Assembly: GCA_050175015.1 (NCBI GenBank)
Contig: JBFXJJ010000001.1
Location: 32,001 to 96,000 of the forward strand
Origin: Alphaproteobacteria bacterium
GTDB lineage: Bacteria > Pseudomonadota > Alphaproteobacteria > JBFXJJ01
DNA: 64,000 nucleotides
Reading direction: 5' to 3'
Each line of letters begins with the position of its first letter. Within the stretch, counting starts at the first letter, position 1. This document shows, piece after piece, positions 40,446 to 51,883 of this stretch. Made by a program: the position numbers and the translations under genes. The notes under the pieces are model-generated. The model worked only from the letters and a program-made list of their open reading frames with translations, was not told the origin of the DNA and ran no database searches.

Positions 40446-40910
40446 ATGAATTCTTACCAAATACCAACTGTAACCGTTCCTATTGTTCGCTTTTCTGAAT
40501 CTGTTGATTTAGAACTGCCTCAGTATGCTACAGAATTATCATCAGGAGTCGACCTTGTAGCTGACATTAATGAAGAATTAATAATAAAGTCTGGCGCTCG
40601 AATGACCATTAGCACAGGCATAGGAATCGAACTCCCCTATGGCTTTGAAGCTCAAGTCCGCTCCCGCTCTGGACTTGCTGCCAAAAATGGAATTATGGTT
40701 TTGAACTCTCCTGGAACTATCGATGCCGATTATCGTGGTGAGATTAAAGTTATCCTTTATAATACTGATGATACTGATTTTGTCATTTCCAGAGGTATGA
40801 AAATTGCACAATTAGTCATTGCGCCTATTGCTAAACTGATATGGCAGGAAAATAAGCATATAGGTGAAACTAAACGTGGTCAGGGTGGTTTTGGCTCCAC
40901 AGGGATTTAG
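40446..40910 (+). CDS. dut: dUTP pyrophosphatase
   Basis: SSGVDL, RSRSGLA, NSPGTIDADYRGE, RGQGGFGSTG. Confidence 0.97.
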   Translation: MNSYQIPTVTVPIVRFSESVDLELPQYATELSSGVDLVADINEELIIKSGARMTISTGIGIELPYGFEAQVRSRSGLAAKNGIMVLNSPGTIDADYRGEIKVILYNTDDTDFVISRGMKIAQLVIAPIAKLIWQENKHIGETKRGQGGFGSTGI

Positions 40911-41002
40911 ATTTTTTATGGTCAATAACTTGCAAACATTTAGTTATTAGTGTAAAAGTTGTTTAACCATAAAGGTAATTTTATACGCAAGGGTTTGGGA
41001 TA

Positions 41003-41518
41003 ATGAAAAGACTTAAAATATATGGGTTCTTCTTAGTTTTTTTGCTAACAGCCTTTAGTATAACTATTTCTACCAGCTATGCAGAATCCATTTCTCAAAG
41101 TGGACTTCCTCTCCCTAGATTTGTTTCTCTGCGTTTTCAAAGAGTCAATTTAAGATCTGGTCCTGGTACCAGATATCCTGTTAAATGGGTCTACTTAAAA
41201 ATAGGTTTGCCTGTTGAAGTAATTACTGAATTTGATAATTGGCGGCTAGTTAGAGATTGGGAAGGAACCGAAGGTTGGATGCATCAATCAACGTTATCTG
41301 GACGCAGAATGATAAGAATTACTGGGGTTGAACGTAATTTGAGAAATTCCCCAGCAGAAGATTCCCCGTTAGTTGCAAAATTAGAAGCTGGCGTTATTGG
41401 AAAATTATTACAATGTCCTAGAGATTCTATGTTCTGTCGTGTTGAAGTTAACAATTACCACGGTTGGTTAAAGCGTGGTGAATTCTGGGGAGTGTACCCA
41501 GGTGAGCATATTGATTGA
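41003..41518 (+). CDS. Bacterial SH3 domain (SH3_4) protein
   Basis: SGLPLPRFVSL...VNLRSGPGTRYP..W...LPVEV..EFDNWR...G.EGW; signal peptide. Confidence 0.9.
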   Translation: MKRLKIYGFFLVFLLTAFSITISTSYAESISQSGLPLPRFVSLRFQRVNLRSGPGTRYPVKWVYLKIGLPVEVITEFDNWRLVRDWEGTEGWMHQSTLSGRRMIRITGVERNLRNSPAEDSPLVAKLEAGVIGKLLQCPRDSMFCRVEVNNYHGWLKRGEFWGVYPGEHID

Positions 41519-41657
41519 TAAAAAATTAGGTATCTTGAAGCGCTAAATTTTAGATAACTTCTTTTTATTTTTCTAAAGAACAGGCTTAATTTGCAAAGTA
41601 AATAGCTAATCTTTATAAAAAGACTAGCTAATTCACTTAGAATGACATTTATAATAA

Positions 41658-42113
41658 TTAGGTCATTAAATTATTCTTTAATGTCGGTTTTTCTTCTTTT
41701 AACCGTACAATAACATCTATTCTTGATATCTCCGTATGAGCCGGAGCATCAGGAATATTGGTAATAGCTAAATTGCCAACAGGAATATCCTCTAGTTTTG
41801 CAGAATCTTCATAATAAAAATGATGGTGTTCCATAGTATTACTATCAAAGTATGATAATCCAGGATCAACAATTATTTCCTTTAAAATTTTGGCTTCCGT
41901 AAACTGGTTTAAGGTATTATAAATCGTTGCAAGAGAAATTGATAAACCATGGTTCATAACTTCTTTGTGAAGATTTTCTGCTGTTATATGACAACCACAC
42001 TCCTTTTCAAAAAGAAGTTTGGCTAATGCTATTCGCTGTTTAGTTGGTCTTAACCCGGCTGTTTTAAGCTTTGATACTACGCAACTATAAGGTCTATTTC
42101 TTGTGTTTTCCAT
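41658..42113 (-). CDS. irr: Fur-family iron response regulator Irr
   Basis: GLRPTKQRIALA.LLF, H.TAE.LH, SLATIYNTL.QF, YFDSN..HHHFY. Confidence 0.88.
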   Translation of the reverse strand: MENTRNRPYSCVVSKLKTAGLRPTKQRIALAKLLFEKECGCHITAENLHKEVMNHGLSISLATIYNTLNQFTEAKILKEIIVDPGLSYFDSNTMEHHHFYYEDSAKLEDIPVGNLAITNIPDAPAHTEISRIDVIVRLKEEKPTLKNNLMT

Positions 42114-42681
42114 TATAAATACTCATCAATAAATAGTAAGATATTATTTAAAACCAATATCTATCTAAAATATAAAAAATTTTTCTAATTACAATTTAGA
42201 CTTTATATTATATTCTTTTTGATTGTTTTTAGTCTCAACTTTTAATTGTATACATTTTTTATTTTTTTAAAAGATATTTTTTAGATTATTTTATAATACT
42301 AATTTATTTTTAGCAAAAAAACAAGAAAAACAAGAGATAACCCCTTTCTTTAGAAACATAATAAATTGCAACTTTGCATATCTATTTATAATTTGGAAGC
42401 TTAAATATTATGGTGAGGATTATGCCCTTTTTTATAAAAATAGACCGTATTATCTTGTAATTCAAGACTTTTTTAAAGAGATGCAATACCTAAAATTCTA
42501 AAAATATTTTCATCTAGAACGTTAAAAGAGTAAAAGTTTGATTCTGCTTATGCTAAAAAGTAATGTTCCTGTAGTTAAGGTATTGATTTTAACTTAAATA
42601 CAATTAAATGATGTATCCCATAATAACGATATAAAGTTTTTCTGCCAATGCTATCAATTTTTGAGAAGATATGCCTAAAAT

Positions 42682-42725
42682 AAAAAAAACGCCAGATGTT
42701 AAATCAATAACAAATGGCGCTTTTT
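42682..42725 (-). terminator. Probable terminator after the EF-G paralogue
   Basis: A-tract, CGCCA...TGGCG with inner TGTT/AACA pairing, then T-tract. Confidence 0.55.
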
Positions 42726-42748
42726 AAACCCTGAGTTGTCGCTGTGAT

Positions 42749-44794
42749 TTATTCTAAACCCAACTCTTTTTTACGATTTTCAACCACAACATCGGCATCT
42801 TTACCTGAGATTTCTTGAAGCCTATCAAACTTCCAGGAGAACGTGCCAACACCCATCGTTATAGAGCGCAGGTCGATAATTAAATCGTGCATTTCTGATT
42901 GTGGTAAATTAGCTTTAAGAACGTCCCAACCTTCCCAGCCTTCCTTCTTATCAAAGCCTAGAATTTGACCTCGGCGTTGCGACAATGCACGCTGGGCATT
43001 AGAAGTACATTCCGTAGGAATTGAAACCTCTATAGTCAAAACAGGTTCCAGCAAAACAGGAGAACATTTAGGCATACCCTCTTTCATTGCTAGAATGCCC
43101 GCCATTTTAAATGCCTGATCTGAGCTGTCTACAGGGTGAGAAGAACCGTCATAAAGATCTACAGAAACATCAACAACATTAAAGCCGAAAGGACCTCTCT
43201 TAAGATATTCTCTACAGCCCGTTTCGACTGCAGGGATATAATTTTTGGGAACAGAGCCACCAACAACGGAGTTAATAAACTGAAAGCCCTCTCCTCTAGA
43301 CAACGGTTTAATTTCAACAAAAACATCACCAAATTGCCCAGCACCACCTGATTGCTTTTTATGTCTTCCCTGCTGTTTAACACTCTTTTTGATAGTTTCT
43401 TTATATGGAACAGACGGTTTAGTTCCTTCAACCCCAACATTAAAACGATTTTCTAAGTTAGCGATTGCAACCTTTAAATGAACATCACCTTGTCCCCAAA
43501 GAACCATTTGCCCTGTATCTTTATTGTATTCAATCGAAAGCGATGGATCCTCATCAATAATTTTATTAATAGCGCCCGAAAGCTTGACTTCTTCGCCTTT
43601 TCTTGTTGTCGTAATTGCTAAAGAGAATAAAGGTGCTAAAGGCTCTGGCCACATATCTAAATGTTTTTTATCCTTTGCCGTAGCCATATCGCCAGTTTGG
43701 AGATTATCCATTCTTCCAAGAGCAATTACTGAACCAGCCTCGGCTTTTGCTTTTTTATTATTCTTATCACCAAAAAGACTGTAAATACCGCTTGGTCTTA
43801 CTTCAGCAAACAAATCACCTTCCGCGACCGAACCATTAAAAATTCTAGCAACCGATAACTTTCCTGTATGCTGAGCATGTATGGTTTTAAATACTTGGCA
43901 GAGGGCACCGTCTTTATCGGTAATATTTAGGCGCTCTTTTGTTCTCTCATAAGAAGGAGCTTCGTGTCTCAAGGCTTTTAACAGACGTTTAACTCCTGCG
44001 TCCTGCTCACCAGAACCAAAAAAGACAGGAACAACATCACCCATAATTAAAGCTTTTTTCATAACTTCATAAATTTCAGAAATAGATGGTCTTTGTTCTT
44101 CTAAAAGTTCTTCCATAAATTTGTCATCATAATCGGAAACACTTTCCATCATATCCTGACGCAGAATTTCGAGTTCATCTTTAAAGCTTTCAGGAACCTT
44201 TGGTAGATGTTTGCTTTCATTGCCTTCATATTCGCCGTCTTTAAAGAGATATGCTCTTTCACTAGTTAAATCAACATAACCCTTAATTTCATCACCTTCT
44301 TCAATCGGAATCTGGCGAACAACAAGTTTCTTATCTGAAACCATTCTAATTGCTTCCACAATATCTGTAATTGAAGCTTTTTTATTTTCAATTTTATTGA
44401 CGAATATAATATGCGGAATAGAATGCGCCGCTAAAAATTTAAGAACAGGAGTTACCATTACAACACGGGCAGGATCAGGATCACAAACGACAACGACAAT
44501 ATCAGCAATCATCATACTGTGGTAAGCTTCTTGTAAAAACTCTACGGATCCTGGAGTATCAATAAATGTCCATTCTTCATCAAGATACTTAGTATCAGCT
44601 ATAACCATTTCGACGCTCATCTGGCGTGACTTAGCTTCCTGACTGGCATCACCAACACGACTGCCATCGTTCACGGTTCCTTTACGTCCAATCGCACCTG
44701 TAAGAAATAGTAGGCTTTCTAACAGCGAGGTTTTACCACTCGAAAAAGCTCCAACTAAAGCAGCCACTCTAGGTGATGATACCGTATCTGTCAT
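42749..44794 (-). CDS. Elongation factor G-like protein (EF-G2)
   Basis: GAFSSGKT, DTPGS, NKIE, EDPSL, KKQSGGAGQFGDV, DGSSHPVDSS, VLLEP; outside the str operon. Confidence 0.92.
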   Translation of the reverse strand: MTDTVSSPRVAALVGAFSSGKTSLLESLLFLTGAIGRKGTVNDGSRVGDASQEAKSRQMSVEMVIADTKYLDEEWTFIDTPGSVEFLQEAYHSMMIADIVVVVCDPDPARVVMVTPVLKFLAAHSIPHIIFVNKIENKKASITDIVEAIRMVSDKKLVVRQIPIEEGDEIKGYVDLTSERAYLFKDGEYEGNESKHLPKVPESFKDELEILRQDMMESVSDYDDKFMEELLEEQRPSISEIYEVMKKALIMGDVVPVFFGSGEQDAGVKRLLKALRHEAPSYERTKERLNITDKDGALCQVFKTIHAQHTGKLSVARIFNGSVAEGDLFAEVRPSGIYSLFGDKNNKKAKAEAGSVIALGRMDNLQTGDMATAKDKKHLDMWPEPLAPLFSLAITTTRKGEEVKLSGAINKIIDEDPSLSIEYNKDTGQMVLWGQGDVHLKVAIANLENRFNVGVEGTKPSVPYKETIKKSVKQQGRHKKQSGGAGQFGDVFVEIKPLSRGEGFQFINSVVGGSVPKNYIPAVETGCREYLKRGPFGFNVVDVSVDLYDGSSHPVDSSDQAFKMAGILAMKEGMPKCSPVLLEPVLTIEVSIPTECTSNAQRALSQRRGQILGFDKKEGWEGWDVLKANLPQSEMHDLIIDLRSITMGVGTFSWKFDRLQEISGKDADVVVENRKKELGLE

Positions 44795-44845
44795 AAGAAT
44801 TTTCTCCTTGAAACATTGTTGATAAAAAATATTAAGATTAAAATC

Positions 44846-46048
44846 TTACCTCAAAGATATACAAAAATCATTTATTTTTTTTATCGCTAATTTTACATCC
44901 TCTGTAGACGTTGCATAAGAGATTCTAAAATAAGGAGAAAGACCAAACGCTTCACCTTGAACCACCGCAACCCCTGCTTTTTCTAAGAGCTGAGTTACAA
45001 AATCAGTGTCATTTTCAATTATAATATTGTCTTCAGTTTTCTTACCAATCGCACCTTCACAAGACACATATACATAAAAAGCACCCTCAGGCTTAAGACA
45101 ACTTAAACCTTTGATAGAATTAATGCCTTCTACAATAATATCACGGCGCTGCTTAAAAATTTCATTGCGCTCTTTTAAGAAATCTAAAGAACCATTAAGA
45201 GCTGCAACTGATGCTTCTTGAGATATTGATGATGTATGAGATGTTGAATGGGACTGAATATCATTGATTGCTTTAATAATTTCTTTAGGTCCTGCAACAT
45301 AGCCGACTCTCCAGCCTGTCATTGCAAAAGATTTAGAAAGACCGTTAAAAACAAGGGTTCTATTTTTTAAATCAGGGGCAACATTTAAAATGCTTACAAA
45401 TTTAAAATCATCATAAACCAAATGTTCATATATATCATCGCTTAGAATCCCAACGTGAGGATATTTTCTTAAAACCTCCGCAATCGCTGTCAACTCATCT
45501 TTTTTATATGCCACTCCAGTTGGATTAGATGGCGAATTGATTATGACCCATTTAGTTTTAGGCGTAATCGCCTGCTCTAACAAATCTGGGGTTAAACGAA
45601 AGCCTGTTTCTTTTTTGCATTCAACAATAACCTTTTTGCCTCCAGCTAGCGCAACCATTTCGGCATAACTCACCCAGTAAGGCGCAGGAAGAATGACTTC
45701 ATCTTCAGGATTAATTGTAGCCATAAGAGCATTATAAAGGGTTTGTTTACCGCCGCAGCCAACTGACACTTCAGAAATATCATAATCTAAATTGTTTTCT
45801 TTTTTAAGTTTGGCGCAGATAGCTTCTCTTAATGCAACAATTCCTGGAACAGGAGTATATTTTGTTTTGCCATTATCCAAAGCTTTTTTAGCCGCATCTT
45901 TAATAAAATCAGGGGTATCAAAATCGGGTTCTCCAACGCCAAAATCTATAATCTTAACGCCTTGACTTTTTAATGCTTTAGCCTTAGCCGTAACCGCTAA
46001 AGTCGGTGATGGCTTTATCGCTTTTAAACGATCTGCAATAAATGACAT
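44846..46048 (-). CDS. Aspartate aminotransferase (class I/II PLP-dependent)
   Basis: GEPDFDTP, NSPSNPTG, SDDIYEH, GLSKSFAMTGWRVG, FRISYA. Confidence 0.93.
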   Translation of the reverse strand: MSFIADRLKAIKPSPTLAVTAKAKALKSQGVKIIDFGVGEPDFDTPDFIKDAAKKALDNGKTKYTPVPGIVALREAICAKLKKENNLDYDISEVSVGCGGKQTLYNALMATINPEDEVILPAPYWVSYAEMVALAGGKKVIVECKKETGFRLTPDLLEQAITPKTKWVIINSPSNPTGVAYKKDELTAIAEVLRKYPHVGILSDDIYEHLVYDDFKFVSILNVAPDLKNRTLVFNGLSKSFAMTGWRVGYVAGPKEIIKAINDIQSHSTSHTSSISQEASVAALNGSLDFLKERNEIFKQRRDIIVEGINSIKGLSCLKPEGAFYVYVSCEGAIGKKTEDNIIIENDTDFVTQLLEKAGVAVVQGEAFGLSPYFRISYATSTEDVKLAIKKINDFCISLR

Positions 46049-46148
46049 GATTAAATTTCCTATTAATTTTAAATTTTGATATTGATTAGAAATCTTTTAT
46101 AACATTAAGTATCAATTTAAACAATATGTCTTTGGATATGTAACTAAG

Positions 46149-48143
46149 ATGAATGATGCTTCTTCAGTTTTTAAAATATCATCAGAATTTGCCCCAGCTG
46201 GAGACCAGCCCAATGCTATTGCCGAAATCTGCCAAGGAATAAATAACAGTACAAAAAACCAAGTTCTTTTAGGCGTAACAGGGTCAGGCAAAACTTTTAC
46301 TATGGCAAGCGTTATTCAAAAAATAGGAAGACCAACTTTAATTATGGCTCCTAATAAAATTTTAGCTGCTCAGCTTTACGGCGAAATGAAAGATTTTTTT
46401 CCCAATAATGCTGTTGAATACTTTGTTTCATACTACGATTATTATCAGCCAGAGGCTTACGTCCCCAGAACAGATACCTACATTGAAAAAGACTCTTCTA
46501 TCAATGAGCAAATTGATCGTATGCGCCATTCTGCCACTAGAAGCCTTTTAGAAAGGCGTGATGTTATTATTGTGGCATCGGTCTCCTGTCTCTATGGTCT
46601 AGGTAGTGTTGAATCATACTCTGCAATGACTTTTTCTCTTGAAAACGGGCAAAATATAAGCCCGCAGAAAATTGCCAAACAGCTTGCAGAAATGCAGTAT
46701 GAAAGAAGCGATTTATATCTGTCTCGAAGCACGTTTAGAATTAAAGGCGATGTTATGGATATTTTTCCGTGCCACTATGAAGACAGAGCATGGAAAGTCT
46801 CTTTCTTCGGCGATGAAATCGAAAAAATATCAGAGTTTGATCCTTTAACAGGAGAAAAAACCGCAGATTTAAGCAAAATAACTATTTATCCTGCCAGCCA
46901 CTATGTAACGCCAGCACCAACGCTCTCACAAGCGGTAAAAACCATTAAAGAAGAACTGCAAGAACGTCTGTTTGAGTTAAAAGAACAAAACCGCTTGCTG
47001 GAATTTCAAAGACTTTCAGAAAAGACTAATCTCGATTTAGAAATGCTGGAGGCAACAGGTCATTGCAGCGGCATTGAGAACTACTCAAGGCATTTAACAG
47101 GCAGAGCGGCAGGAGAACCACCGCCGACATTATTTGAATATATCCCTGACGATGCTTTGCTGTTTATTGATGAAAGCCACGTAACGGTACCTCAAATCCG
47201 TGCGATGTATAAAGGCGACTATAGCCGCAAAAAGACTCTCGCAGATTATGGCTTCAGACTGCCTAGCTGTATTGACAATCGTCCGCTTAAATTTGAGGAA
47301 TGGGAAGAATACCGCCCTCAAACCATTTTTGTTTCGGCAACCCCAGCAGAATTCGAATTAGAACAGTCCGAAGGCGTTATTGTTGAACAAATTATCAGAC
47401 CGACGGGCTTGCTTGATCCAATATGTATTGTCCGTCCAACAACTAATCAAGTTGATGATTTAATGGCGGAATGCCTTGATTGTGCTAAAAACAATAAAAG
47501 AGTTTTGGTTACAACTTTAACCAAAAAAATGGCAGAAGATTTAACAGAATATTTGTTTGAGCACGGCTTAAAAGTTCGATATATGCATTCCGATATTGAA
47601 ACGTTAGAACGTATCGAAATTATGAGAGATTTGCGGCTTGGAGTCTTTGATATTCTTGTAGGCATCAATCTTTTAAGAGAGGGGCTTGATGTTCCTGAAT
47701 GTGCCTTGGTTGCCATACTCGATGCTGACAAGGAAGGTTTTTTAAGATCGGCAAGATCGCTTATTCAGACAATAGGCAGGGCAGCACGTAATTCTGAAGG
47801 ACGGGTTATCCTTTATGCCGATAAAATGACCAATTCTATGCAAAATGCGATCGAAGAAACCTCTAGAAGACGAGAAAAACAACAAAAGTTCAACGCCGAA
47901 AACGGGATAACACCTCAGACAATTAATAACAAAATTAGAGATGTTATCGGACAGCTGTGTGATAAAGATTATATCGACGACAGAAAGGTTGAAACCAAGA
48001 TTCTAAATCACAAAGAACAAGCCAAAACTATCAAAGAATTAGAAAAGAAAATGCTTGATTATGCTGCTAACTTAGAATTCGAAATGGCGGCAAAAATAAG
48101 GGACGAAATCAAAGAATTAGAAAAACTTGGTCTCAAAATTTAA
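46149..48143 (+). CDS. uvrB: Excinuclease ABC subunit B
   Basis: [42 protein letters not shown]-terminal UVR domain. Confidence 0.99.
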   Translation: MNDASSVFKISSEFAPAGDQPNAIAEICQGINNSTKNQVLLGVTGSGKTFTMASVIQKIGRPTLIMAPNKILAAQLYGEMKDFFPNNAVEYFVSYYDYYQPEAYVPRTDTYIEKDSSINEQIDRMRHSATRSLLERRDVIIVASVSCLYGLGSVESYSAMTFSLENGQNISPQKIAKQLAEMQYERSDLYLSRSTFRIKGDVMDIFPCHYEDRAWKVSFFGDEIEKISEFDPLTGEKTADLSKITIYPASHYVTPAPTLSQAVKTIKEELQERLFELKEQNRLLEFQRLSEKTNLDLEMLEATGHCSGIENYSRHLTGRAAGEPPPTLFEYIPDDALLFIDESHVTVPQIRAMYKGDYSRKKTLADYGFRLPSCIDNRPLKFEEWEEYRPQTIFVSATPAEFELEQSEGVIVEQIIRPTGLLDPICIVRPTTNQVDDLMAECLDCAKNNKRVLVTTLTKKMAEDLTEYLFEHGLKVRYMHSDIETLERIEIMRDLRLGVFDILVGINLLREGLDVPECALVAILDADKEGFLRSARSLIQTIGRAARNSEGRVILYADKMTNSMQNAIEETSRRREKQQKFNAENGITPQTINNKIRDVIGQLCDKDYIDDRKVETKILNHKEQAKTIKELEKKMLDYAANLEFEMAAKIRDEIKELEKLGLKI

Positions 48144-48248
48144 TTTTAATAATTCAGATTTGTCGTTTTAAGGTTTAATTTTCTAAACAAATCTTCTAAA
48201 CTGCCATTAAAAATTAAAATAACAAAAACTTTTAAGGACTTTATTATT

Positions 48249-49262
48249 ATGGAATATCTTTATCTGCTCGGCGGCTTTATCCTCCTTATTCTGGGAGCTG
48301 AAATTTTTATCAGGGGAGCTGTTGCTATAGCACAAAAATTGCAAATATCTCCGCTAGTAATAGGTCTGACCGTTCTTGCTCTTGGGACATCTACTCCTGA
48401 ACTTATTGTGAGTTTAAGAGCGGCTCTTAACGGTTCGGCAGGTATTTCAATCGGCAATGTTGTCGGCAGTAATATTTCTAACGTTCTCTTGGTTTTGGCT
48501 CTAACTGCTATCGTTAATCCTGTGTTTTGTAAACGTAAAGAATTTATTAGAGATTACAGCTTTTTAACCATCGTTAGTTTAATTTTTGCCCTAATCTGTT
48601 TAACTGGAAGCTTTGTTAGAATTTATGGCATTTTTATGATTGTCATTCTTACTGTTTTTAACGTTTACAACTATATCAATGGCAAGAAAAAAACGGAAAA
48701 GCCGTCTAAAAAAATTAAGCAGGAAGAAAAAAATGTTGAAGATGCTTTGGAAAATAATACCTTAGAAATAGCTGATTTAGAAATTTCTGAAATATCACAA
48801 AAGAAGTGGCCGTTTATCTGTTTCCTAACTATTTTGGGCTTAGGTGGTGTTTTGTGGGGCGCTGATTTATTAGTTAAAGGCGCTGTTATTCTTGCTACTA
48901 AATTTAATGTCAGTGAAGAAATCATTGGTTTGACGGTTATTGCTGTTGGAACATCTCTTCCTGAGCTTGCAACTTCTATTGTTGCGGCTTTCCGCAATCA
49001 GAATGAAATGGTTCTTGGAAATATTATTGGATCCAATATCTGGAATCTCCTTCTGATTATCGGGGCAACATCTGTTATTATCCCCATTAACGTTTCAGAA
49101 CAAATAGCCAAATTAGATGTCTGGATAATGCTTGCCTCAACTATGATATTGTTACCATTAATGATAAAAAATAATAAGTTGGGAAGAACAGGCGGCATCA
49201 TTTTGTTAATAGGATATCTTGCTTATATCTATGACATTTATCTTAGAACCGTTGCGGCTTAG
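48249..49262 (+). CDS. Ca2+/Na+ (K+-dependent) antiporter, YrbG family
   Basis: Two alpha repeats GTSTPEL...GNVVGSNI and GTSLPEL...GNIIGSNI. Confidence 0.93.
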   Translation: MEYLYLLGGFILLILGAEIFIRGAVAIAQKLQISPLVIGLTVLALGTSTPELIVSLRAALNGSAGISIGNVVGSNISNVLLVLALTAIVNPVFCKRKEFIRDYSFLTIVSLIFALICLTGSFVRIYGIFMIVILTVFNVYNYINGKKKTEKPSKKIKQEEKNVEDALENNTLEIADLEISEISQKKWPFICFLTILGLGGVLWGADLLVKGAVILATKFNVSEEIIGLTVIAVGTSLPELATSIVAAFRNQNEMVLGNIIGSNIWNLLLIIGATSVIIPINVSEQIAKLDVWIMLASTMILLPLMIKNNKLGRTGGIILLIGYLAYIYDIYLRTVAA

Positions 49263-49288
49263 AGCATAATTTTTTAACTGTAAAAGAA

Positions 49289-49331
49289 CAGTGTGATTCT
49301 ATTTATATATATAGTATCACACTGGTTTTTT
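49289..49331 (+). terminator. Rho-independent terminator
   Basis: CAGTGTGAT...ATCACACTG followed by GTTTTTT. Confidence 0.65.
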
Positions 49332-49639
49332 AATATCTCAAAAAAGCCGCTTTTAAAAACAAATAGATACGTGTTTTTTTAGACCATAACTTTAATTATT
49401 AATGACAATATCTAATGGTTATTTCTAACGATATTTTTGACAAAATATCGTTATTTTTTGTACACTGCATTTTTTGACAATTTAATATTAGAAAACTGTT
49501 AGGTTATTAACACCCTTCAATAATTTAGAATTATTTTATAATAATAGCCTTCTTACTTATATTTTGCTTTAAGTTTCAAAGTTTTGTCTCCATCAAACTT
49601 TAAGACAAAAAATAATGTTAAAAAAAATGACAAAATTTA

Positions 49640-49667
49640 TTGCTTAAAACTAAAAGTATGCTAAAAT
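49640..49667 (+). promoter_or_regulatory. sigma70-like promoter of glgX
   Basis: TTGCTT-16 nt-TAAAAT with extended TG. Confidence 0.5.
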
Positions 49668-49707
49668 GAAGGCATATTTTTGAAATTTATTTGAAGGGAT
49701 TCTGGTT

Positions 49708-51855
49708 ATGGCACAAGGTGAAATCAAAGCAGGCAACTCCGATAAACTAGGCGCAACCTATGATGGCAACGGAGTAAACTTTGCAATATTTTCACAGAAT
49801 GCCACCAAAATTGAGCTCTGCTTGTTTGATGACAAAGGTGCTGAAACCAAAATAGAATTGCCTGAAAAAGATGAAAACGGCGTTTGGCACGGCTATGTTG
49901 AAGGTTTAAAACCAGGTCAGAAATATGGCTATCGTGTTCATGGTCCTTATGATCCTGCTAATGGTCATCTTTTCAATCCCTCAAAATTGTTGATGGATCC
50001 TTATGCTCGTGAACTTGATGGCGAAATCGACTGGGAACGAGATGAATTGTTAATTGAAGACAAAAGAGACAGCGCTCCATTCGTTCCTCGCAGTGTTGTT
50101 ATTGACAACAAAAGAATGAATTCCATAAAAACCAAAAATCTTCATACTCCTTGGGATAAAACCATTGTATATGAAACTCATGCCAAAGGTTTTAGCGCTT
50201 TAAATCCTGCTGTTCCTGAAGAAAACCGCGGTAAATTTGCTGGTCTTGGAGATAAAGCCTCGGTAAATTATCTCAAAAGTTTAGGTATAACAGCGGTTGA
50301 GCTTTTGCCTGTTCAGCAATTTAACTCTGGCAGACATCTTAAAAAAGAAAAGGGCTTAAAAAATTATTGGGGTTATGACCCTGTAAACTATTTCTCTCCC
50401 AATACCGATTATGGTTCTCCAGCAGAATTCAAAAAAATGGTTAAAGAACTTCACAATGCTGGAATAGAAGTTATTATGGACGTTGTTTACAACCACACTG
50501 GTGAAGGCGGCCCTAAAGAACAGGCTCTCAGCTTTAAAGGTATTGATAACGCTTCTTACTATCGTTTAAATCCAAAAGATAAAAGCAAATACTTAGACAC
50601 ATCTGGCTGTGGCAACTCTCTTGATGTTACGCACCCAATGGTTTTAAAAATGACCGTTGATTCTTTACGTTACTGGGTTGAAGAGATGGGCGTTGATGGT
50701 TTCCGTTTTGACTTAGCTTCAACGGTTGCCCGCAATGAAAATAACGAATATTCTCAAAATTCTCCGTTTTTAGAAGCTGTTAAAAACGATCCTATTTTAA
50801 ATAAAGTTAAGCTTATTGCTGAACCTTGGGACTTGGGTTACGGCGGTTATCAAGTTGGTAACTTCCCTCAACCTTGGCGTGAATGGAATGATAAATTTAG
50901 AGATGACACAAGACTTTTCTGGTGTGGTCGTCACGGTTTAGCTGCAGCTATGGCTCGTCGTCTAACAGCATCTGATGATATTAAACATCATAACAGTAAC
51001 ACCTCCCCAACTATCAACTTCATTACAGCTCACGATGGCTTTACCCTTAATGATCTTGTATCTTATGAACGTAAACATAATGAATCCAATGGTGAAAATA
51101 ACCGAGATGGCAGCGATGATAACAAGGGTTGGAACACTGGTGCTGAAGGCAAAACCGATGATCCTGAGATTATTGCCCACCGTGAAAAAAGACAACGTAA
51201 TATGTTGGCAACATTGATGTTATCACGAGGTGTTCCTATGATACTTGGTGGTGATGAGTTTGCCAGAACACAAAACGGAAACAATAACCCATATTGCCAA
51301 GATAATGAAATCAGCTGGTTTAATTGGGAAAAAATTGATGAAAATGGCAAAAACCAGACGGAGTTTGTTCAAAAGTTAACTGAACTCCGCAGAGAACACC
51401 CTGTACTAGGCAGCGATCAATATCTTAATGGCCAAGTTGTTAAAGGTGATACTGACAATGATATCAGATGGTTTAGACCAGACGGCCAAGAAATGCAGAG
51501 CAATGACTGGAACAGAGATTATGCTCGTACTTTAAGCTATGTCTTAAACGGCAAAGCCGCTAAAGATAATCCTGGAGCCCATGAGAAAGACGTAGACAAT
51601 GACTTCTTTGTAGTTATGAATGCTCATAATGAAGATATTGAATGGACTCTCCCTAGAGCCCCTCATGGCGGTAAATGGGAAGTTGTCTTCAACACAGCTA
51701 AACTAGGTGAAGAAAAAACAGCTCAAGCTATGCCTAAAGGAACAAAATACAATGTTTCAGCTGATTCTGTTGTTTTATTTACTTGCAAGCCTCAAGAAAA
51801 AGAAAAAGAATTAACTAAGGCTCAAATTTTAGCAGCTAAAAAACGCCATCGTTAA
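49708..51855 (+). CDS. glgX: Glycogen debranching enzyme (isoamylase, GH13)
   Basis: LGATYDG.GVNFA, NYWGY, DVVYNHT, DGFRFDLA, IAEPWD, TAHDGFTL, GNNNPYCQDNE. Confidence 0.96.
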   Translation: MAQGEIKAGNSDKLGATYDGNGVNFAIFSQNATKIELCLFDDKGAETKIELPEKDENGVWHGYVEGLKPGQKYGYRVHGPYDPANGHLFNPSKLLMDPYARELDGEIDWERDELLIEDKRDSAPFVPRSVVIDNKRMNSIKTKNLHTPWDKTIVYETHAKGFSALNPAVPEENRGKFAGLGDKASVNYLKSLGITAVELLPVQQFNSGRHLKKEKGLKNYWGYDPVNYFSPNTDYGSPAEFKKMVKELHNAGIEVIMDVVYNHTGEGGPKEQALSFKGIDNASYYRLNPKDKSKYLDTSGCGNSLDVTHPMVLKMTVDSLRYWVEEMGVDGFRFDLASTVARNENNEYSQNSPFLEAVKNDPILNKVKLIAEPWDLGYGGYQVGNFPQPWREWNDKFRDDTRLFWCGRHGLAAAMARRLTASDDIKHHNSNTSPTINFITAHDGFTLNDLVSYERKHNESNGENNRDGSDDNKGWNTGAEGKTDDPEIIAHREKRQRNMLATLMLSRGVPMILGGDEFARTQNGNNNPYCQDNEISWFNWEKIDENGKNQTEFVQKLTELRREHPVLGSDQYLNGQVVKGDTDNDIRWFRPDGQEMQSNDWNRDYARTLSYVLNGKAAKDNPGAHEKDVDNDFFVVMNAHNEDIEWTLPRAPHGGKWEVVFNTAKLGEEKTAQAMPKGTKYNVSADSVVLFTCKPQEKEKELTKAQILAAKKRHR

Positions 51856-51883
51856 TTTTTAAACTTTATTTAAGGCTTTAGAT

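Noticed and set aside
42271-42501. 76-codon stop-free stretch in the irr / EF-G2 gap
   Set aside because: No suitable start codon or RBS near its 5' end and no recognisable motif; cannot support a gene or pseudogene call.
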